The notes beneath the pieces were generated by a model, which was not told the origin of the DNA, did not search any database, and saw only the letters and a list, made by a program, of their open reading frames with translations. DNA of 64,000 nucleotides from Octopus sinensis (taxonomy: Eukaryota), in the NCBI RefSeq assembly GCF_006345805.1, contig NC_043001.1, positions 110,670,001-110,734,000 of the forward strand. The letters are read 5' to 3'. Both the position numbers and the translations under genes were made by a program. This document shows positions 54,389 through 64,000 of the stretch, in pieces (position 1 is the stretch's first letter; every line of letters begins with the position of its first letter).

Positions 54389-54790
54389 AGGCGCAGGAGT
54401 GGATGTGTAGTAAGTAGCTTGCTTACCGACCACGTCGTTCCGGATTCAGTCCCACTGCATGGCACCTTGGGTAAATGTTTGTAATATAGCCTCAGCCGAC
54501 CAAAGCCTTGTGAGTGAATTTGATAGACGGAAAATGAAAGAAGCACATCGTCTATATATTTATGTGTGTGTGTGTGTGTTTATGTGTTTCTCCCCACCCT
54601 CACCATCGCTTGACAACCGATGCTTGTGTGTTTACGTCACCGTAACTTAGCGGTTCGGCAAAAGAGGCCCATAGAATAAGTACTAGGCTTACAAATAATA
54701 AGTCCTGGGTCTATTTCTTCGACTAAAGGTGGTGCTCTAGCATGGTCTCAATCAAATGACTGAAGCGAGTAAAAGAGTAAAGAGTAAAGA
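54389..54790 (+). mobile_element. SINE-A, full length reference copy
   Basis: tRNA-like head (agtggatgtgtagtaag; gttccggattcagtccc), central TA/TG microsatellite, conserved tail ending (aaagagt)n. Confidence 0.85.
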
Positions 54791-54904
54791 GCATATCTTT
54801 CGTATTTTAATGATAACTAATATAAAACAAAAGGTACCAAATTTTCTCAACCTCTTTGTGGTGTGTCCTTAATCGTAATAAATACATAACAAAATAAATG
54901 AAGT

Positions 54905-54990
54905 ACCATTTGCGTACTGGGGTCGATCTAATCGACTGGCCGGCTCCTCAAAAATTTCGGGCATTGTGTCTGGAGTCGAAAAGAAAAGAT
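54905..54990 (+). mobile_element. SINE-B tail fragment
   Basis: gcgtactggggtcgatctaatcgactgg..aaaatttcgggcattgtg..gaaaagaa. Confidence 0.65.
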
Positions 54991-56224
54991 TATTCACGGT
55001 AGTATTTGGTAGTCCTGTGATTTGCAATTCCTGAGTGTCTCCAAGTCAACCGGGAGGAATGGAACATTCAGCGTACAATCCAGTGATCGGGCTTAAACGT
55101 TTGCAACTCTGTGAAATCAGACAAAGCCACCAAAAATCAGGTAGTGATCTAAAATTCATTAGTTGTCTAAAAATTCCTGTGCTGGAATACAGAACTCACA
55201 GGTCTGGATTAAATACCGTAAGGTACAACTGCCCGATGCCTCTAATAATTCCATCAATGCACAATGTTTGAATTGAGTATCATAAAATACTTACCACATA
55301 TTATTCAAACTAAAATCCGAAGCCGGCTTTCGTTAGAAATACGTTTGGTAACGCAAGGCCTTTTGACTGACCTCGCGAATCATCATGACGATACTGCTAT
55401 AGTAGAAATTATAAAACTTTAAGTATAAAATACAACTTGTGACTAGAAAATGACGTAAGAATTTAATCTAACATCTCGTGATTCTGAATGCATTCGCTGG
55501 GAGTTCTGAAAGTAATTAAAACATCCGTCCCTAACATATGAGATCATAATTTGTAAGGTTCCCCGTTTCATTTATTTTAGACTTTTTGCGGGTTTATTTA
55601 TTATTTTTTTTTGAAGGCAAACGATTGCCCTCCCGCCACCTACACACACCACATAACACACAACACGTGTGTGTCGTGCCTCTCTATGTATGTTTATATG
55701 TATCAGTGTGTACGCTCGCATGTACATACGAAACGGTCCTACATGAAAGTTTGTGGCGAGCTGCTAAATGAGCTGTAGCCACATCCTGCCAACTCAGCGA
55801 CAAAGTACCTACATTGTAGGCAGCATATTAAGCTTCTGTCACGAGTTCTCATTTTTCATTCTTTATTTATTTGTATGTTATTTGTCCCAGTTACGAAATC
55901 ATTTTAACAATTTATTTACTTTTCATGTTTTACTACATATTCGCGTTTTCCTTTTTCCTAATTTAAAAGCATGGTGAAGACATTTCCAGCCCTGAGATCT
56001 CGAAATGTTTTTCCCAATAATTTCTCATTGTTCTTTTCCATCTGAACGTAGACATTCTTTCGAACATTTCTTCCATATCAGACCAAAAATTCAGTGTAAT
56101 TTGATATACCCTTATGCATACACAAAGACACCTGTACGCAAACACGCACATAGCCGGACACGCCGCACATGTATAAATATATGACAGAATGATTCTGAGT
56201 GCGTGTATGCGTGTCGAGATGTGT

Positions 56225-56279
<55 letters not shown>

Positions 56280-56382
56280 TATATATATATGTCAATATCT
56301 ATATCCATCTATCTGTCTATCTATCTATTTATCTATCTCTCAATCTATCTATCTATCTATCTATCTATCTATTTATCTATTT

Positions 56383-58721
56383 TAGGCCCATCGCTCAGCT
56401 TAATGCAGACTTGAAAATTTTGGCCAAGGTGCTAGCCAAGAGGTTGGCGCTTGTCATCGAGAAACTGGTCGACAAGGCGCAAACATGCGCCGTGCCGGGC
56501 CGGACCATCCATGACAACCTCCACCTGATGCGCTACATCATAGACAGGGTAGTTAACGAACCTGGCATGGGTGGGGCGCTGATCAATTTGGATCAATCGA
56601 AAGCTTTCGATAGGGTAGACCATCGATACTTGGAGGCGGTCCTCAGAGCGGCAGGCTTCGGTCCCGTCTTCCGCGGCTGGATAGCCGCTTGTACAGAGGC
56701 ATCCGTTCGGTAATTCGCGTGAATGGACATCTATCGAGACCCTTCGACATCGCACGTTCGGTCCGTCAGGGATGCCCCCTCTCGTCGCTTCTATACGTAT
56801 TGACTCTCGAGACATTATTGCGGAAGCTGGCAACTTTGAGGGGCATCCCGCGAGAACTGGGATGCGGGACGAGCGTGTCTGCATACGCGGAGGACGTCAC
56901 CGTCATAGTGTCTAGCCACGAGCACATCGAGCAGGTCGGCGAGACACTGAAAAACTACGAAGCGGTGACAGGAGCGAAAATCAACCGGGAAAAGTCAGTG
57001 GGCTTGCGACTAGGCACCTGGAGAAGCAAGCCCATGCCGTCCACCAGCGCCTCCGTCGTGGGACGCTGGACCGACGGCCCGGTTGAGTTGTTCGGGGTCT
57101 GGTTTGGTCCGGACCGCCAAGTGGAGAAGAACTGGAACGAGATAACGAGTAGTGTGGTCACTCTCTCGCAGCAATGGGCCGAGAGGAAACTGTCCCTAAA
57201 AGGTCGGGCGGAGGTGGCGAACACGTACATCGCGTCCGTCATCTACTACCGCCTGACCGTCGTACCTTGTCCCGACCCTACCATCACCAAACTACAACGC
57301 ATTCTCTTTCGCTTCTTGTGGAAAGGATGCGTCCCGATGGTCAGGCGATCCATTTGCTGTCAACACCCGTTAAAAGGAGGGCTGGGCATGCCGTGGTTGA
57401 TGATGCGCAGACACGCGCTGAGACTGCGACATCTCTGGCTCTATGTAGACGACGGTGAACAGGTGTGGTCGCCGTTTGTGAGGCCCGCTTTCCCACAGCT
57501 CGTCTCCATGACCGAACTGCAGTCGTGGATCAAAAAGAGGCGAGGAAGGGCGAATGGCACCGCGAGTGTCGCGTTGCTCTCAAGCAACTCTGCCGTCCCG
57601 GTCGACCTTGAGTGACTTCAACACAACCAAAGCATTCTATAGGGGATTAGTGGAGGGGAGGTACGACGACGAGCTCGGGGCGAACCTGGACGTCGACGAG
57701 GAGTACCTGACCCGCCTGTTCAGGACGACTTTCGGGCCAGGGCCCATGGACAACTCCCAGAGATCCCTGGCCTGGCAGTGCTACCGAGAAGCGCTACCCG
57801 TTCGGGATAAGCTCTACAGACACGGCTCGAGAAACACGGGGCCGACCTGCCCGAGATGCGGTCAGAGCGACGAAACCGTTCTGCACGCACTCGTGCAGTG
57901 TCCAACAATTCCCGATCTGTGGGCTTATGTCGAACAACTGCTGTCACGTGTGGGACGAGTCGGTTTATCAGCTGAGTCTATCGTCAATATTGTCACGCCT
58001 CCTTCCTTCAAACGGGAAGGAGAGCTATTTTCATCATCCTTGTGGCTATAGCGAAAGAATATATCTGGTGGACGCGTCTGAAAGGATTGGAGACAAACAC
58101 TTTCCTCTCTGGTCAATCTCTCATCAACTTCTTCAAGTACCACTTGAAAAGGAAAGTGAGAGTAGAGAGGCAAGTTTTGTCTAGCGAATGTTTTAAAAAA
58201 GATGGTGAATGTAGCAAGGATGGCACGTATGAATGACGAAGCCACCTTGAGCATATCCTATGAACCCAGAAATTGAAAACAGAGGGTTACCCACTTGCAA
58301 ACAAATGTGGTAACATATAACAATATTGACCAAGGTTACTGTGGTCTTTTTCGTAGGCTTTTCTTCCACGGATAAACCTTACTTGCTTCCCCTTTACACC
58401 ATATATCATAACACTGTGATACACGATCCCTATTGATCGTTCTTTTTCCTCTTCCCCTTTTTTTCCCCCTTTTTTCTTCTTTTTTTCATTCTCTTTCCTT
58501 TTTCTTTTCCTTTCCTTTTTTTTTCCTTTTATTCCTTTTATTTTATTCAATTTTTTTTTTGTTTTGTTTCTTTTCTTCCCTTTTACGATCCCCCTTGATC
58601 GAAAACCTACGCCACCCCTTTTTTTTCTTTTGTTTTTTGTTCTCTTCATCCCCCAAAAGAAAAGCTCTACCTTGTAACTTGTCCCATCTGTGTGCAGCCC
58701 TGTGTGGCCAATAAAGAAACT
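56383..58721 (+). mobile_element. 5'-truncated Tx1/L1-clade LINE (RT, zf-RVT-like region, 3' UTR)
   Basis: ORFs 56411-56713, 56689-57615 and 57554-58051: LINLDQSKAFDRVDH, SVRQGCPLS, YAEDV, FLWKG, GGLGMP, CPRCGQSDETVLHALVQCP; ends aataaagaaact followed by tatc repeats; (TATC)n upstream. Confidence 0.93.
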
Positions 58722-58818
58722 TATCTATCTATCTCTCTCTCTCTCTATTATATATATATATATACATATATAATATATATATAATAATTTATTTATATCT
58801 ATATCTATATCTATGTCA

Positions 58819-58851
<33 letters not shown>

Positions 58852-58998
58852 ATATATAATATATATATATCACCGTGATCACCGTGACCGACCAGGCTAT
58901 CAAATGTAGTTACACATCGCTGGTCACAATGCGTTCGCATTGTTTTAGCCTTCAAATGACGCCACCCCGCTGGCTAAGCGAGCAGGCCATATATATAT

Positions 58999-59045
<47 letters not shown>

Positions 59046-59239
59046 TATATATATACATATATATGTGTATATAAATATATGTATATGTGTGTGTATAAAA
59101 GACAAAAAGAGTGAAAAAACTACAGAAGGCTTGTATTATATAGTTAAAGAATGAATTTAAATCGTTATAAAATTTTGCGTATAGTAACATAGATTTAGGA
59201 GAAATAACCGGTTTCCTATTTTCTTTTAAATTTCTCAAA

Positions 59240-59640
59240 TTTCTTTAACTATATGGTGTCATGTCTTCGCTATGTTGTGAAATATGGAGTTCCAGGCAGG
59301 TGAAGGTAATTACGGTATAAGGGAGATAATCAAAAATGTTGGGTATTACAAGGCTGGATTAATGACGACGTGTCATTTAATTCCCCATACTTAGTGTGGG
59401 ACCCACTTATCCAGCTTCTTTACCTTACCGATTTGTTTCAGATATTCCGATACAGTTAAAATCGAAACATCAAACTTCGATTTGAACTCACGCGTGGTTT
59501 GAGATATATCCACTTCCACTACATTTCCAGCTCATTATTATCCACCTCCGTCTCAGGTCTACCACGAGGCTGATCTTGAAGAGTAAAGTCGCCAAACTGA
59601 AGCTTCACAAACCGTCCTCGTACAAAACGCTCAATATCCA
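59240..59640 (-). mobile_element. Mariner transposase N-terminal remnant
   Basis: Minus FGDFTLQDQPRGRPETEVDNNEL..SQTTREF..FDVS..LKQIGKVKKLDKWVPH: the mariner HTH-linker and WVPHEL motif. Confidence 0.8.
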
Positions 59641-59697
59641 CACCTCATTCTTAATAATCTGATATATGCATGAATATATATCTATATCTATCTATCA

Positions 59698-59793
<96 letters not shown>

Positions 59794-59839
59794 TATCTAT
59801 CTATCTATCCATCTATCTATCTATCTATCTATCTATCTA

Positions 59840-60006
59840 TTTTTTTTGTTCTTTTCTTCCCTTTTACGATCCCTCTTGATCGAAAACCTACGCCACCCCC
59901 TTTTTTTTGTTTCTTTTGTTTTTTTTTTTTTTCATCCCCCAAAAGAAAATCTCTACCTTGTAACTTGTCCCATCTGTGCGCAGCCCTGTGTGGCCAATAA
60001 AGAAAC

Positions 60007-60007
<1 letters not shown>
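59840..60007 (+). mobile_element. Tx1 LINE 3' UTR fragment within (TATC)n
   Basis: Matches 58555-58721; long (TATC)n on both sides (59680-59840, 60007-60300). Confidence 0.88.
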
Positions 60008-60090
<83 letters not shown>

Positions 60091-60137
60091 ATATATATAT
60101 ATATATATATCTATCTATCAATCTATCTATCTATCTT

Positions 60138-60210
<73 letters not shown>

Positions 60211-60211
60211 A

Positions 60212-60254
<43 letters not shown>

Positions 60255-60255
60255 A

Positions 60256-60297
<42 letters not shown>

Positions 60298-60350
60298 ATA
60301 TATATATATATATTAGATGTATATATATATATATACGTATATACATTAGA

Positions 60351-60381
<31 letters not shown>

Positions 60382-60386
60382 GTATT

Positions 60387-60419
<33 letters not shown>

Positions 60420-62409
60420 TTGTGTGTATTAGATTGCGACCCCAGTACTTTGTTTTGAAGCTGGAACTTATTTGATTGGTCACTTTTGGTGAAGCGCTAA
60501 GTTACGTGGGTGTAAACAGAACAGCATCGGTTGTCCATGAATTGTCGTGGGATGACACCGATAATAACACACACACACACACACAAATACACAGTCAGCG
60601 CACACAGACATACACATATATGTACACACTGAAACCTATACCCATATGTACGTACATACGTGTGTGTGTGTCTAAGGGAGAAAGAGAGCGTGGGGGGAGA
60701 GAGAGAACGCATTCGTGTCTTCGTTATTGTGGCTACTGTGTGTGCATTTATTATTTGTATGTAGTTGTAGACGCATTATTACATAAACAAACAGTAGACA
60801 TAATCTTTTACAAAAGTGTTCTCGGTCGTTGTTTACTGCATCTAAAGAAATTTTGCTAACAATATATTATCCAGGCTTCTTCTCTTTTGCTTATTTTCTC
60901 TTTCATTCCCGAGTTGGAAACATCTGAATTGTCATTTATATTAGCGAAACTTATTTTGTTTTGTTGGGTCTGTCTTCCTTTCATTGACATTTCTTTCTGG
61001 CTTTTATCATATAATCGCAAGTACAATGGCTTGGCCATATAAACCAGGAATAAAATAACATTGCAGCAATATACAATTCAAAATTTACTTATATGTTTTC
61101 TAAAGGGTAAGTTAAGTTGCTATAAATTCATAATTGATCAAGAATACAAGTTACGAAACAACGTATATTAAATATCAGAAATTGCCGGTTGAAGAACTGA
61201 CTTAAGTCAATAATGTATTAAACTTTCGCTTGTATATATTGCCTTTAAAACATGACCAATACTAGTAAATATCATGGGAAAATGTCTCAAGATCTATATT
61301 TTAATGCAGCAATAAACGGACTCCCATTTCTTCAAGGATAAATACTTTTCAGAATTTCTACGGAGATAAATCATGAAATTTATAAATGTTGAATAAATAC
61401 TTCAATCAAACCAGGTGTCAAGCTGGAAAAATGTTTAAGATGATGTCAATAAAATTATACAAGAGAAATATAGCATATTATTTTACATATAGCATTTTAA
61501 TTATCCTACAATATTTGGGGAAATATTCCCCTTTGGATATATTTAGAGTTCGAAGGATTATGTTATTAGCTGAAGGTCACACCTGTTTCAAATTTGAATT
61601 AACTGCTGTTGTTATGTAGCGTAAAGTTTATAGTTTCGACTGGATATTATAGTGGTGTACGTTAACAATGCTGGTACGAATATGATTTAGTTAGTTTAGC
61701 TCTAAGCGAATTATGTAAATTTAATTCGTACTTACATCTAGAAGTATACCAGAATTGATCGGGTAGTAAATTACATAATCACTGTCTTAATTTATCGACT
61801 TCAAATGGCAAATATCAGTCAGAAATAACCGTGTGTTGCTTTCATTCTTTAGCTTCGGGCCAGCTCTAGCTGAGAAGATATAGGATCGAAGGTGTTGTTC
61901 TAAACCATGATGCTAAAATCTTGCCATTTGAAATTGGTGTTTCAAAATCAGATATTTATTCAATAGATAAGAATCAGAATAGTAACACATATCTCGTTTA
62001 TGGACGCCAATACAAATTTGACTTAGTATAAACGCAAACAAAATTATATGATGATGTATCGTGAAATAAAAAAAAAAAACATACCTGTGTATATGTGTAT
62101 GTGTGAAGAAATATCAGCACGAACATACCTCCGATGGAACGATCGGCATGAGAAATACACATAACATTGGGAGTCAAATATTATTATTGAGAGTTCTATT
62201 CTGAGACAACTATCTAAGGAAATAATCGAAAATTATTCCTACAACTTGGAACCTAAAATAATAAACGAAAAAGAATAGAGCGTGTTCGGGCTAAATTTGA
62301 CAGTTTGCATGAAAAAGAAGAGAACACTCAATTTCACGTCCCAAAAAACTCTTATATTAGAAAACAAAAAAAAATATCAACCTTAGCTGTGTTACTCATA
62401 GGTTACTCA

Positions 62410-63240
62410 AATTAGCCGTACACATAGTCCACTTTCGTCCTCAAAACATTCTAACGCATGAATTATTCACTCTGTTATTGGCAAGATCTTCAGATATCTC
62501 CCTGACTTTGACCAACAACCTGACCTTGATACTGCTGAGAGAGATGTTGATGGTTATCTCATCCGCGTTCCACTCATAGTGATCCTTGGAATTTCAATCG
62601 GGGGAATTAGGTGTCCAGAAATTGGGACTGATTAAGTCGTAGATAGTGGAGGCGCATGGCCTAGTAGTTAGAGCAGCGAACTCGCGGTCGATGGATCGCG
62701 GTTCTAATCTCAGTCTGCGCAATGTGTGTGTTTATGAGCGAAATATCTAAGCTCCACCCAGCTCCGGCAGAAGGTAATGGCGAACTTCTGCTGACTCTTT
62801 AGCCACAATTTTCTCTCAATCTTTCCTCCTTCATCTTGCAGCTCACCTGCGACGGACCGGCGTACCGTCCTGGTGGGGATCCTATACACCAAGACAAAGG
62901 GAAAATGGCCCTTATGTGCCAGGCATAGCTCGAGAAGGAAAAAAACAAGTGGTAGATATGCTTCCATAACATCTTCTGACTCTTTCCGGAAGTATGCCAA
63001 GAATCTGAATCGTTCAGCCACACATGTGACCTTCCAGCAGTAAACGTTCCCAGCCATGGTTTGGGAACAGTCTCCAACATCTTCCCATATATAGCTATAT
63101 TGAGTCTAAAGCCCAACCGGAAGATGGGGGGGGGGTATAAAGTGACTCTCAGTAAAGAGTAAAGGGTCATAGTCAGCCGTAACTTGGTTTTCATGATGTC
63201 CACGCCACGTCTTACAGTATTCACAGTATTGAGCATTATA
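62410..63240 (-). mobile_element. maT (DD37D) Tc1/mariner transposase pseudogene, interrupted by SINE-C
   Basis: Minus IMKTK..PPPIF..GFRLN..LETVPKPWL..AGRSHVWLNDSDSWHTSGKSQK, then after removing the SINE HIYDLISPNFWTPNSPD*NSKDH; 37 residues between the second and third Asp. Confidence 0.85.
62646..62951 (+). mobile_element. SINE-C, full length with 7-bp TSD
   Basis: gtggaggcgcatggcctagtag..gggttc; TSD gtagata at 62639-62645 and 62952-62958. Confidence 0.88.
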
Positions 63241-63384
63241 CCTGGCGCGAATCATCATGACAAATAGAACACTTTCCAGTATTCAAATGGCTCCTGTCCT
63301 CCGTGTCAGCTACCTTTTGCTCAACTACGATTTTAATCTTCATACTCTCCAACGTCACTGCATCAAGCATGTGCTGAAGATAAT

Positions 63385-63468
63385 AGACATAAAATGGCAT
63401 AGTGGTTAAGAGCGCCGGCTACTAACCCCAAGATTGTGAGTTCGTTCCCAGACAGAGACCGCAATTAA

Positions 63469-63542
<74 letters not shown>

Positions 63543-63742
63543 TAATAATAATACCATCGAAAAATACCTTAAGAATGAGAACCCAGGTTCGAAATTTCGC
63601 CAAGACATCTGATGAAGGCTGGAGGGTTTATCAGCCGAAACGTTGTGTTATCAACAAACAAGATGAGGACTAATAACTAATATCCGTCGAATGCAAATAA
63701 TATAAATAATGTACATAATTCCTCATTTCTTAAATATAGAAT
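63385..63742 (+). mobile_element. SINE-H: tRNA head, (TAA)n and hammerhead-bearing tail, copy 1
   Basis: A box tggcatagtgg (63395), B box gagttcgttccc (63438), (TAA)n 63470-63552, body, hammerhead core 63604-63649, AT-rich tail; second copy at 35530-35851. Confidence 0.85.
63604..63649 (+). ncRNA. Minimal type I hammerhead ribozyme motif (Penelope-like)
   Basis: Stem I gacat/gtgtt; CUGAUGA 63609-63615 plus an extra A; stem II ggctg/cagcc; GAAA 63637-63640; helix III reduced to the palindrome AACGTT; predicted cleavage triplet GUU. Confidence 0.7.
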
Positions 63743-64000
63743 AGGTGAAAACTACTTTCTCTTGCTATAAATCAAGCAATATAACGATCGTTAAACGGAA
63801 ATATTAAAGAAATATGACGCACTTTTAGTTAGAATATCATAACACATGAAGAAAAATCTCAAATTCCATCTATACACATAAATAATAGTTAAATTAATTA
63901 CTACTTTGAGTGTCTTGTGCAAAATTTATCTAATTAATTCAAATGAGCAAAGTTATATTTCTTTCATAGAATTTGTTAAAACTAGCATTTATCATGATTA

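Overview
Eukaryotic, AT-rich, microsatellite-dense genomic DNA. The repeat families and long (TA)n/(TATC)n/(AAT)n tracts suggest an octopus-like cephalopod (inference only). I could not identify any host protein-coding gene, rRNA, true tRNA or CRISPR array, and nearly all supplied ORFs are microsatellite translations. The window is a graveyard of mobile elements. (1) Five Tx1/L1-clade LINE pieces, each with (TATC)n-type sequence at its 5' junction. (2) Six R4/Dong-clade LINE pieces (restriction-like endonuclease type) sitting in (TAA)n tracts. (3) A Penelope-like element (RT plus GIY-YIG) and solo copies of its tail. (4) An internally deleted Gypsy element with LTR ends and a 4-bp TSD. (5) RTE remnants. 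(6) Tc1 (apparent DD36E), maT (DD37D) and mariner transposase remnants, plus a palindromic MITE. (7) Many tRNA-derived SINEs (my labels A, B, C, D, H). The most interesting signal is SINE-H, present twice: a tRNA-like Pol III head, an internal (TAA)n and a 3' module containing a minimal Penelope-type hammerhead ribozyme. A few splice-bounded unique segments may be host exons but are weakly supported. Boundaries were read by eye and are approximate unless a TSD or TIR is quoted.
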